A stretch of 32,000 nucleotides of DNA from assembly GCF_000175255.2 (NCBI RefSeq), contig NC_017262.1:1650001-1682000 (forward strand), written 5' to 3'. Positions within the stretch are counted from its first letter, which is position 1. Each line of letters starts with the position of its first letter. This document shows positions 18,746-29,423 of the stretch, one piece after another. The notes beneath the pieces were generated by a model. That model had not been told where the DNA came from. It did no database searches and was given only the letters and a program-made list of their open reading frames with translations. Both the position numbers and the translations under genes were made by a program. Origin of the DNA: Zymomonas mobilis subsp. mobilis ATCC 10988. Its GTDB lineage: Bacteria > Pseudomonadota > Alphaproteobacteria > Sphingomonadales > Sphingomonadaceae.

Positions 18746-20329
18746 TTACAGGAAGTGGAGCGATTTCACTTCACGCACGCCGGATAATTCGGCAACTTTC
18801 GCCATTTTCCCAGCCGTAACAGGCGAATCGACCGATAATAACAGCACGGCTTCCCCGCCCGTATTCCGGCGACCCAGATGGAAAGTGCCGATATTGACAC
18901 CGGCTTTACCCAAAAGGGTGCCAAGCCGACCGATAAATCCGGGGGCATCATCATTGACGATATACAGCATATCGCCGCTTAGATTGGCTTCGACCTTGAT
19001 GCCAAAAATTTCAACCAGTCTTGTGCCTTCGGAACCAAATAGGGTTCCTGCAACTGATTTTTCCTGTCCTTTATCATCGCGCGAAGTGACCCGTATCAAG
19101 GTATGATAGGCACCTTCGCGATCATGACGGATTTCGCGGACATCCAATCCCCGCTCACGCGCAAGGAAGGGCGCATTAACCATATTCACTGACTGGGAAT
19201 ACACACCCATCAAGCCAGAAAGGACAGCACTGGTGATTGGTTTTTGGTCAAGATGGGCAGCTGCGCCTTCGACTTCGATCGAAACTGATTTGATCTTATC
19301 GCCTTCCAATTGACCGAGCAGACGACCCAGTTGTTCGGAAAGAGCCATATAGGGTCTAACCCTTGGGGCTTCTTCGGCTGAAAGGGACGGCATATTCAGG
19401 GCATTGGAAACACCCCCCGTCAACAGATAGTCAGCCATCTGTTCGGCAACCTGAATAGCAACATTGACCTGTGCTTCGGTGGTGGATGCACCAAGATGTG
19501 GCGTGGCGATGAAGTTAGGAACGCCAAATAACGGATTTTCCTTGGCCGGTTCTTTCAAGAACACATCCAAAGCTGCCCCGGCAACATGACCGGATTCCAA
19601 AGCGTCTTTCAAGGCTTCTTCATCAATCAGGCCGCCACGGGCGCAGTTGATAATTCGGACGCCTTTTTTGGTTTTCGCCAGATTTTCGCGAGACAGAATA
19701 TTTCTGGTCTGATCGGTCAAAGGCACATGCAGGGTAATGAAGTCGGCTTTATGAAGCAGCGTCTCAAGATCAGCCTTTTCAATGCCCAATTCCAAGGCTC
19801 GTTCCGGCGTTAAAAATGGGTCATAGGCAATGACCTTCATTTTAAGACCAACCGCCCGATCGGCGACGATCGAACCAATATTACCAGCACCAATCAAGCC
19901 AAGGGTTTTTCCAGAAACCTCGACCCCCATAAATCGGTTCTTTTCCCATTTGCTTGCCTGCGTCGAGGCATTGGCTTCGGGAATTTGACGCGCCAAAGCA
20001 AACATCAAGGCAATGGCCTGTTCCGCGGTAGTGATCGAGTTACCAAAAGGGGTATTCATGACAACAATACCCGCCGCCGAGGCTGCTGGAATATCAATAT
20101 TGTCAACACCGATGCCCGCGCGGCCGATGACCTTTAAATTTTTAGCTTCGGCAATGATGTCTTTGGTAACTTTGGTTGCCGAACGAATGGCCAAACCATC
20201 ATAGTCATTGATGATTTTCTTCAGTTCTTCAGGGGACAGGCCGGTAATCTGATCGACTTCAACGCCGCGTTCACGAAAGACTTCGGCGGCACGAGGATCC
20301 ATTTTATCGGAAATCAAAACTCTGGTCAT
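18746..20329 (-). CDS. serA: D-3-phosphoglycerate dehydrogenase (long form with ASB and ACT domains)
   Basis: MTRVLISDKMD...GLIGAGNIGS...CARGGLIDE..., with a C-terminal ACT-like segment. I prefer ATG 20329, with GGGAGA upstream, over the track start at 20362. Confidence 0.95.
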   Translation of the reverse strand: MTRVLISDKMDPRAAEVFRERGVEVDQITGLSPEELKKIINDYDGLAIRSATKVTKDIIAEAKNLKVIGRAGIGVDNIDIPAASAAGIVVMNTPFGNSITTAEQAIALMFALARQIPEANASTQASKWEKNRFMGVEVSGKTLGLIGAGNIGSIVADRAVGLKMKVIAYDPFLTPERALELGIEKADLETLLHKADFITLHVPLTDQTRNILSRENLAKTKKGVRIINCARGGLIDEEALKDALESGHVAGAALDVFLKEPAKENPLFGVPNFIATPHLGASTTEAQVNVAIQVAEQMADYLLTGGVSNALNMPSLSAEEAPRVRPYMALSEQLGRLLGQLEGDKIKSVSIEVEGAAAHLDQKPITSAVLSGLMGVYSQSVNMVNAPFLARERGLDVREIRHDREGAYHTLIRVTSRDDKGQEKSVAGTLFGSEGTRLVEIFGIKVEANLSGDMLYIVNDDAPGFIGRLGTLLGKAGVNIGTFHLGRRNTGGEAVLLLSVDSPVTAGKMAKVAELSGVREVKSLHFL

Positions 20330-20400
20330 AACAGGAATCTCCCGACGACTGCCCTGCGCCATGGCGCAGGCAGCGTCATCTTCACATTATTGGAAGGGAA

Positions 20401-21561
20401 TTAGTCTTTCTGGATTTGAGCCCAAGCCCAATCAAGCCAAGGCGTCAGCGCTGCGATATCCGAGGCTTCTACCGTGGCACCGCACCAGACGCGCAATCCC
20501 GGAGGGGCGTCTCTGTGGCCTGCGATATCATAAGCAGCCCCTTCGGCTTCCAATAAGCCTGCCAATTTTTTTACCAAAGCGGCTTTGGCAGTATCATCCA
20601 GACCGGCCACGGCTTTATCTGAGAATTTCAGGCAAGGGCTGGTATTGGAACGGATAGCCGGATCAGCCACCAGATGTTCAATCCAGTCGGTTTTTTCTAC
20701 CCATGTATCCAATGTGGCAGCATTCTTGTTACAACGCGCCATCAAGGCCGATAAACCGCCTAATTCTTCAGCCCATTCCAGCGCCCAGATATAATCTTCA
20801 ACGGCTAAAAGGGAGGGGGTATTAATCGTGCTGCCTTTAAAGATGGCTTCATCCAGCTTGCCATTCTTGGTCAAGCGGAAGATTTTGGGCAACGGCCATG
20901 CTGGTGTATAGCTTTCCAGCCGTTCGACTGCGCGCGGGCTAAGAATAATAATGCCATGCGCCGCTTCACCCCCTAAAACCTTCTGCCAAGAAAAGGTAAT
21001 AACATCCAGTTTTTCAAAAGGCAGCGGCTGGGCAAAACAGGCCGAGGTTGCATCGGCAATCATCAAGCCTTCATGGTCTGGTTTAATCCAGTCACCATTC
21101 GGGACTTTGACACCAGAGGTTGTCCCGTTCCATGTAAAGACGACGTCATTAGACTGATCGACCTTGGACAGATCCGGCAATTCACCATAGGGCGCTTTTA
21201 AAACAGTCGGATTGATCTTCAACTGTTTAACGGCATCGGTAATCCAACCGAGGCCAAAACTTTCCCAACCTAAAACGGTTGCAGGTCTTGCGCCCAATAA
21301 TGACCACATTGCCATTTCAACCGCGCCGGTATCAGAAGCCGGAACAATACCGATCCGATAGTTATCAGGCACTTCTAATATTTTGCGGGTCAGTTCAATG
21401 GCATATTGCAGGCGACTTTTGCCTATAGAACCGCGATGGGAACGCCCCAAAGAGCCTAATGCCAATTTTTCAGGAGACCATCCTGGCGGTTTCGCACAGG
21501 GGCCAGACGAGAATTGTGGACGGTTTGGTTTGACCGTCGGACGAACAGAATAATCAGTCAT
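20401..21561 (-). CDS. serC: Phosphoserine aminotransferase (long alphaproteobacterial/archaeal-type form)
   Basis: It lies immediately upstream of serA (71-nt spacer). PLP-fold features are present, including ...[10 protein letters not shown].... I prefer ATG 21561, with AGGAGAG upstream, over the track start at 21588. Confidence 0.85.
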   Translation of the reverse strand: MTDYSVRPTVKPNRPQFSSGPCAKPPGWSPEKLALGSLGRSHRGSIGKSRLQYAIELTRKILEVPDNYRIGIVPASDTGAVEMAMWSLLGARPATVLGWESFGLGWITDAVKQLKINPTVLKAPYGELPDLSKVDQSNDVVFTWNGTTSGVKVPNGDWIKPDHEGLMIADATSACFAQPLPFEKLDVITFSWQKVLGGEAAHGIIILSPRAVERLESYTPAWPLPKIFRLTKNGKLDEAIFKGSTINTPSLLAVEDYIWALEWAEELGGLSALMARCNKNAATLDTWVEKTDWIEHLVADPAIRSNTSPCLKFSDKAVAGLDDTAKAALVKKLAGLLEAEGAAYDIAGHRDAPPGLRVWCGATVEASDIAALTPWLDWAWAQIQKD

Positions 21562-21569
21562 AAATAAAA

Positions 21570-21607
21570 CTCTCCTCACAGAGAGCACGCGCTGCGTTGG
21601 GACAGCG
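21570..21607 (-). promoter_or_regulatory. Candidate serC 5'-leader structure: an SD-sequestering hairpin plus an upstream hairpin
   Basis: On the - strand RNA, cgctg-tcccaacg-cagcg occupies 21607-21590. Next, ctctc-tgtgag-gagag occupies 21585-21570, and its 3' arm is part of the AGGAGAG Shine-Dalgarno sequence, 8 nt before the ATG. Confidence 0.3.
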
Positions 21608-21942
21608 TGGCCCGTTCACCTTTCTAAGGAGATTCTGACCTTGGTCAATTCTGATTAGCCGAATAGTTTATTATTTTATTGGTCATAGAAATGAAAATCT
21701 TCATTTCTACGAGGAATAACCGCTTTAAAATTCTAAAATAACTTTTTGATGAAATTAAAATTTGAAAAATTAAAAATAAAAAATATTAAATTGAAGCATA
21801 ATATTGCTATTTAGCATTAAAAATATGTTGTTATTTTTTGAAATAAATTATTTTTAACTCTGAAATGGCATTTTATTTAGTAATTCTTTTTTATTCTATT
21901 TTAATGAAAAGAAAATCTTTAAAATGAAACGCGCTGCCACCC

Positions 21943-21983
21943 AAAAGCCTGATCGAAAAAGACGAATCCCATTCAATCAGGCT
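21943..21983 (-). terminator. Candidate terminator of ansB (long interrupted hairpin plus T-tract)
   Basis: On the - strand, agcctgat ... atcaggct has 8-bp outer arms and an inner gaat-ggg-attc stem, followed by tttt. It begins about 40 nt after the ansB stop. Confidence 0.4.
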
Positions 21984-22022
21984 CGTAAGATTTTCTTAAA
22001 ATGAGCCGAGGCCGATCAATTT

Positions 22023-23123
22023 TTAAAAACCAGCTTCAAATGCAGATTGGATATCAGAAAGTTTGTTTTTGCCATTGGCTATTAAAATCTGAAGAAGGAT
22101 GCGTGCTTTCTGGGGCGAAAGATCATAAGAGACAACAAAGTCGTTTTTGTCATCATTGACCTCGACATTGCGATTCACAAAGCCTGATCCGGTTCTGGAT
22201 GAACGCACAACAATCACGCCTTGTTTGACGGCAAGATTGAGGGCAGCCATCGCTTCTTTTGAACTATTCCCGTCACCAACACCGGCAAGAATAATGCCTT
22301 TCACGCCCGTTTTGATGAGATCATTGATAATTGAAGCCCCCATACCGCTATGGGCGTAAAGGATTTCGACCGCAGGCAAAGGCGCAGTCGTCGGAAGGCC
22401 ATAGCTTGGGACAGGCTGTTTTTTCGGCTCAATAAACCGCACCGAAGCCGGATCGACATAACCGATAGGCCCTGCATTGATGGACTGAAAGGTTTCGACG
22501 GCGGTTGTGTGGGTTTTGCTTGCCCATCTGGCGGCATGAATAGTGTCATTCATGACGATCATGACGCCATGATCTTTGGCCTTGGGGTTGGCCGCGACTT
22601 CAATCGCCTCATATAAATTGGCGGGACCATCTGCACCAATGGCAGTACTAGGGCGCATGGCGCCTGTCAGAATAATCGGCTTGTCGGTGCGAATAACCGT
22701 ATCAAGGAAAAAGGCGGTTTCTTCCATGGTATCGGTGCCATGGGTAATCACAATACCATCCGCTTCGTTATGGGCGACGGCGTCTTGGATGCGCTTGGCC
22801 AAACGCAGCCATATCGCATCATTCATATCTTGCGAGCCGATATTGGCAATTTGTTCGACATTGATTTCAGCGAGTTTAGCTAATTCCGGTATATCTTCAA
22901 CGAGCTGTTTTCCAGTAACGCCGCCTGCATTATAGCCGATTTCGGACATTCCATTTTTCTTGCCGGAAATCGTGCCGCCCGTTGCCAGAACTAAAATGCG
23001 CGGTAACGTCTGAATTGAATGAACCTGATTATTCATAGATATCGCCGGAGTAGCCCCCATCATCATGCATATTGCCAAGGCCGCAGCAGAAGAGGCCTTA
23101 ACAGGGATTTTAAAAATCATCAT
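22023..23123 (-). CDS. ansB: L-asparaginase, type II (secreted/periplasmic)
   Basis: 366 aa with an N-terminal signal peptide (...AALAICMMMGATPAISM). The catalytic motifs LATGGTISG and ITHGTDTMEETAFFL are present. Confidence 0.9.
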   Translation of the reverse strand: MMIFKIPVKASSAAALAICMMMGATPAISMNNQVHSIQTLPRILVLATGGTISGKKNGMSEIGYNAGGVTGKQLVEDIPELAKLAEINVEQIANIGSQDMNDAIWLRLAKRIQDAVAHNEADGIVITHGTDTMEETAFFLDTVIRTDKPIILTGAMRPSTAIGADGPANLYEAIEVAANPKAKDHGVMIVMNDTIHAARWASKTHTTAVETFQSINAGPIGYVDPASVRFIEPKKQPVPSYGLPTTAPLPAVEILYAHSGMGASIINDLIKTGVKGIILAGVGDGNSSKEAMAALNLAVKQGVIVVRSSRTGSGFVNRNVEVNDDKNDFVVSYDLSPQKARILLQILIANGKNKLSDIQSAFEAGF

Positions 23124-23218
23124 CGGACGCCCCTGTTACAGATTATAAAGTTAACTGTTAATATAAAGCGTCACTTTTTGCATGATGAATAGAGAGACTA
23201 CTCCGACAAAATCAAAAA

Positions 23219-24823
<1,605 letters not shown>

Positions 24824-24840
24824 TTATCTAATTGAAATAT

Positions 24841-26526
24841 CTAGGAAAAAGCGACCACCAGCGGGCCCAACAAGGTCAAAAGAACGTTGGCAATGGCATA
24901 GGTGATAGCGAAAGACGTTGTCGGAACAGCGTTACCGGCTTTATTAAGGATTTCGCCCAAAGCAGGATTGGCACTGCGGGAGCCCGCCAGCGCACCAGCA
25001 AAAACAGCTGTGTTTTTATATTGCAGGACATAACGCCCAAACAGCATGGTGATAATCAAAGGCACAATCGACACCACGACACCCAGCATAAAGAGGGTGA
25101 TACCCTGTTGCATGATGGTGGTGACGGCTTGCTGTCCAGTCTGGAGACCTGTGACCGCCACAAAACCGGATAAGCCGAAATCAACCAACAAGGTTGAGGC
25201 TGCCATTGGCATATTGCCGCTTTTGCTATGGCGATTTTGATACCAGCCGAATAACAGGCCAGAGAGAAGCGCGCCGCCGCCGCTCCCTAAGGTCAAAGGA
25301 ATAGACCCTAATCTGACAACGATCAGACCAATGAGTAACCCGACAACAAGCCCCACGCCATGAAAGACAAGGTCTGTTTTAAGGCTTCTGGTCAGTAGGC
25401 TGCCCAATTCCTTGGCTACCCGATCGACATCTTTGCGTGTGCCATAAAGCGTCACAATATCGCCCGACAAAATATGCAGATCAGAGGTAAGCGGTAAGGT
25501 TTTATCGCCGCGTTTCAGTCCCAGAAAATAAACACCGTGGCGTGCTACTTGGGATAAAATTTGGCTACATTCGGCTACTGATTTTCCGACAAAGGCCTTA
25601 TTCGTCAAAAGAACATCATGGCGAACAATCACCACATCCATATCATGCGGCGGCTGTTTTATTTCTTCGCCCAGCAATTCTCCCGTCGAAATAACATCGG
25701 CACGATGTCCGAACAGCAAAAGGAGGTCTCCGGCTTCGACGGTGCTGTCTTGCGTCACAGCGACAAGATTTTTCTGTCTCCGAATCTGTTCAACGGTGAC
25801 GTGATCGCTTTCAATCTGTTGGACAGATTGGCCTGCTTTTTTCACCTGATAGACGCGGCTGACAAATTCAGACAAAGCGGGGCGTTCACCGTCGCCATAA
25901 ACAGCCATGCCTTGCATTTGTTCGGCTTCAGCGGTGAGGGCGTCTTCACGCAGCCCTCTTTTCATCAACCAAGGTAGAATATTGACGCAGATAATAATCG
26001 GGGCAAGCGACCCGAATATATAGGTCACAGCATAGCCGACGGCGACATGGCCTTGTAACATCTGGGTTTGAGCCAGCGGCAAGCCTAGTTTTTCCAAAGC
26101 AGAACTGGCCGTTCCGATAATAGCAGATTGGGTCAATCCACCGGCGGCGACACCCGCGGCCAAACCTTTATCGAGATGAAACATTCTGGCTACGGCTAAA
26201 ACGGTAAAAAGACCGGATATAGCCAAAACAAAGGCCATCAGCACTTCACGCAAAGATTGCCGTCCCAGAGATTTGAAAAACTGGGGGCCACTTTGAAAAC
26301 CGACAGCATAGATAAAAAGGGCAAACAGAACTGTTTTCAGCCCTGAATCAATATGGATACCAATCTGGCTTATCAGGACAGCCGCCAATAAAGAACCGGC
26401 GACTCCTCCGATTTGTAAGGATCCAAAACGGAATTTTCCTATCCAATAGCCGATGGCAATTGCCAAAAAGAGGGCAATTTCAGGGTTGTTTCTTAACAAT
26501 GTCTGCAAAAATTCTAATATTACCAT
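24841..26526 (-). CDS. aspT: Aspartate:alanine antiporter (AAEx family, two membrane halves flanking two RCK-C/TrkA-C-like domains)
   Basis: N-terminus MVILEFLQTLLRNNPEIALFLAIAIGYWIGKF.FGSLQIGGVAGSLL, with a central soluble duplicated region and a repeated membrane half. Its stop lies 29 nt upstream of the asdA start. I prefer ATG 26526 over the TTG at 26535 used by the track. Confidence 0.8.
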   Translation of the reverse strand: MVILEFLQTLLRNNPEIALFLAIAIGYWIGKFRFGSLQIGGVAGSLLAAVLISQIGIHIDSGLKTVLFALFIYAVGFQSGPQFFKSLGRQSLREVLMAFVLAISGLFTVLAVARMFHLDKGLAAGVAAGGLTQSAIIGTASSALEKLGLPLAQTQMLQGHVAVGYAVTYIFGSLAPIIICVNILPWLMKRGLREDALTAEAEQMQGMAVYGDGERPALSEFVSRVYQVKKAGQSVQQIESDHVTVEQIRRQKNLVAVTQDSTVEAGDLLLLFGHRADVISTGELLGEEIKQPPHDMDVVIVRHDVLLTNKAFVGKSVAECSQILSQVARHGVYFLGLKRGDKTLPLTSDLHILSGDIVTLYGTRKDVDRVAKELGSLLTRSLKTDLVFHGVGLVVGLLIGLIVVRLGSIPLTLGSGGGALLSGLLFGWYQNRHSKSGNMPMAASTLLVDFGLSGFVAVTGLQTGQQAVTTIMQQGITLFMLGVVVSIVPLIITMLFGRYVLQYKNTAVFAGALAGSRSANPALGEILNKAGNAVPTTSFAITYAIANVLLTLLGPLVVAFS

Positions 26527-26994
26527 CACAGACAACTTTAATATTGGTTAATGAACATCGGCGATTTATGCCTTAAACAAATCTTATCAAGAAAATATCT
26601 AAATATTTGAGCTATTTTTATTGTCTAAAGATAAGAAAACTTCTTAATGGAACAATATGAATATTTTTGGATATTTTAATAATGAGTTAAATTTATATTT
26701 TTTCGATCGGTAATTTTTAAATTTAATTTTAACGTAGCGATATAAAATAAGGCATTCGTGGGCTTTCGCTTGCCTCGATAAGGAAGATATCCGTCTGAAT
26801 CTTGCTTGGGCTTCATTATTTCACGCTCAATGATAGAATAGACACCAGGGCTATAACCGCGACAGATGATGCCTTTCCTTGATTAAAACAGCCCTGAAAG
26901 AGCGCTTTCTAATCTCTATCACGAGGCTATAATTTTTCTGACAGGGCGTTAAAGGCTGGCTTTTCCTGATAATTTGCCGTTAATTCAGAATATT

Positions 26995-27657
26995 ATGGCT
27001 GATTTTCGCATTTTATCTTGTCTGCTTCTTTTTATTTTGGCGTCCTGTTCCGGTTCTTCTCCTCATAAAAGAAGATCGGGAAGCACGGCTTCGCATCCAA
27101 TCGCAACGCCTGTGCCAAGTAGCGGTGATTTCCATCATTGTTTAGGCGATCTCAATAAAGAAGGTGTCCATTACCAATTGGTGCCAGACCGGACATTCGA
27201 TAACGGCTGCTCTATTTATCATGCGGTCACCATGACATCAGCACAGGTGCCGATAACCCATTTGGGGCCTTTGCAATGTCCAGCCGCCGAAAATCTGGCG
27301 TATTGGATTGATGATGCTGTGTTGAAATCAGCCAAAGTTTGGTTGGGCAGTCCTGTTATAAAGGTCGAAACTTTCGGCAGTTACAGTTGTCGGACACGGA
27401 ATAGTCGGGCTGGGGCAAAAATTTCGGAACATGGCCGTGCCAATGCGGTTGATATATCGGCGTTCGATTTAGCCGATGGCCGCCGTATTACGGTTAAAGA
27501 GGGTTGGCGACATGGTGATCGCCATACGAAAGATTTTCTCCGCTCTGTTTTCCATGCGGCTTGTCGGCGTTTTTCGGTTGTTATCAGCCCTGACGGGGAT
27601 GAATACCATCAAGACCATATCCATATGGATTTAGGTCAAAGCCAATATTGCCACTAA
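26995..27657 (+). CDS. Extensin-like C-terminal domain lipoprotein (LAS-type metallopeptidase motifs)
   Basis: ATG 26995 gives MADFRILSCLLLFILASC|SG, with lipobox L-A-S-C. The C-terminus has SEHGRANAVDIS (H-x6-D) and HQDHIHMD (H-x-H). The track start at 26974 is a TTG. Confidence 0.75.
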   Translation: MADFRILSCLLLFILASCSGSSPHKRRSGSTASHPIATPVPSSGDFHHCLGDLNKEGVHYQLVPDRTFDNGCSIYHAVTMTSAQVPITHLGPLQCPAAENLAYWIDDAVLKSAKVWLGSPVIKVETFGSYSCRTRNSRAGAKISEHGRANAVDISAFDLADGRRITVKEGWRHGDRHTKDFLRSVFHAACRRFSVVISPDGDEYHQDHIHMDLGQSQYCH

Positions 27658-27858
27658 TCGCATTCTTCCTGTGAAATGTATTTTTAAAAAGGCCTTTTCG
27701 TGAGTAATCGCACTATCACTCCTGATGCGCTTGATGATGTCATCAATGCCAGCCATGTTCTAAAAACGCCTCAAACCACCAATCCTTCTTTTAAACTGGC
27801 CTTTCAGGATAGCGATTTTCTGCTGCGGGAAGAATTACGCCCTGTGCGATTTCAGTTA

Positions 27859-28705
27859 GGCTCAGGACCTGTTAATTTCTTGAGTTGAGCGGGCTGTTGT
27901 GATTCACAGGTTTACCGATGGAGGTGAAGCTGTAAGTGACGTGTTTTTGCTGTCTGAGCACCAGATGGAACGGATTAAGCCGTTTTTTCCACTGGCGCAT
28001 GGTGTGCCGCGTGTCGATGACCGTCGTGTCCTGAGCGGGATCGTTTACGTGATCCGCAACGGCCTTCAGTGGAAAGACGCCCCGAAAGCGTATGGCCCGC
28101 ACAAGACTTTATACAACCGGTTTATCCGGTGGAGCCGCCTGGGTGTCTTTGACCGGATCTTCGTCGCCCTGACGGAGCAGGCAGGCCGTTCGAAGCGTCT
28201 GATGATCGATGCAACACATCTGAAAGCACACCGGACAGCGGCCTCCCTGCTCAAAAAGGGGCTTTTCCCCGCCATATCGGACGCACGAAAGGCGGACTGA
28301 ACTCAAAGCTTCACGCTGTATGCGATAGTCAGGGCCGCCCTGTCCGGCTGCATCTGACCGCAGGTCAGGTCAGTGACTTCAAAGGCGCGGATGTTCTGCT
28401 GGCAAATCTGCCGGAAGAAACACAAGAAATTCTCGGGGACCGGGGATACGACAGTAATAAAATCAGACAGTCTCTCGCAGACCGGAATATCACCGCCTGT
28501 ATTCCGCCGAAGAAGAACCGGAAATCAAAGCCGCCTTACGACTGGCATCTGTATAAAAAGCGTCACCTCATCGAAAATATGTTCGCAAAGCTCAAAGACT
28601 GGCGGCGTGTCGCAACACGATACGACCGGTGCGCTCACATATTCATGTCAGCAATCCATATCGCAGCAAGTTTCATCTTCTATCTCAAAGAATGAGTCCT
28701 GAGCC
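27859..28705 (+). mobile_element. IS5-family (IS427-group-like) insertion sequence, copy 2, 847 bp, same orientation as copy 1
   Basis: It has the same termini as copy 1 (GGCTCAGGAC ... GTCCTGAGCC), flanked by TA/TA (27857-27858 and 28706-28707). It differs from copy 1 at two positions only: 27934 A versus G, and 28640 T versus C. Confidence 0.9.
27932..28695 (+). CDS. IS5/IS427-type transposase, copy 2 (-1 frameshift at 28250-28261); the preferred start codon is mutated
   Basis: It is colinear with copy 1. The GTG that follows the GGAGG in copy 1 is GTA here (27932-27934). In-frame alternatives are GTG 27899 (the track start) and GTG 27941. There is one missense change in the catalytic half (AHTFM to AHIFM). 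Confidence 0.65.
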
Positions 28706-29423
28706 TAGAACTTCTGAAGCCTGATATCATTCTGAAAGAAGCCGGTATTGAATCTACCTTTGTCTTTTATGGTTCTGCCCGTATTCCATCCCCCGAACAG
28801 GCGGATGAAATGCTCCAGACAGCCAAGGATGAAAAAGCAAAGAAGATAGCTCAAAGTCTGGCTGATAAAAGCCGCTATTATACCGAAGCGCGAAAGCTAG
28901 CCCGTATTGTCAGCGAGATTCCTCAGCCTGATCCTCAAAAACGCCATCTTGTCGTTTGCTCGGGCGGCGGGCCTTCCATTATGGAAGCGGCCAATCGCGG
29001 CGCGCATGATGTAGGTGCGCCCTCTATCGGTTTTGGCATTGTTTTGCCTTTTGAAACGGCACCCAATCCTTATATTACCCCTGATTTATCTTTCCAGTTT
29101 CACTATTTTGCCCTGCGAAAAACCCATCTGATGTTAAGGGCGCGGGCTTTTGCGATTTTTCCGGGTGGCTTCGGAACATTGGACGAAGTGTTTGAATTGC
29201 TTACCTTGATTCATACCCATCGACTGGAAGCGGTGCCTATTCTTTTCTATGGGCGAGATTTCTGGAATAAAATCATCAATTTCGATGCTTTGGTTGAAGA
29301 AGGCATGATCTCTGCCGAAGATTTACGCTTTTTCCAATTTGTCGATACCGCCGAAGAAGGATGGGCGGTCATTTGTGATTTTTGGCAACATGATAAAACG
29401 GGACGGGTTCCGATCGATTTTGA

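Noticed and set aside
21865-21927. A 20-codon ORF, MAFYLVILFYSILMKRKSLK, in the AT-rich spacer. It has a hydrophobic segment and a basic tail, resembling a type I toxin.
   Set aside because: TTT/ATT/TTA-rich DNA yields hydrophobic peptides by chance. There is no SD, no adjacent antisense-RNA signature, and no conservation evidence. It would be worth revisiting only if ribosome profiling shows translation.
26761-26960. A ~200-bp ORF-free stretch of normal GC upstream of the extensin-like gene. It contains a 7-bp inverted repeat (cagggct ... agccctg, 37-nt spacer) and an AGCGCT-centred palindrome.
   Set aside because: No terminator, no recognisable RNA-family motif and no gene remnant appear in any of the six frames. 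It is most simply the promoter and leader of the flanking divergent genes, and I cannot support an ncRNA call from sequence alone.
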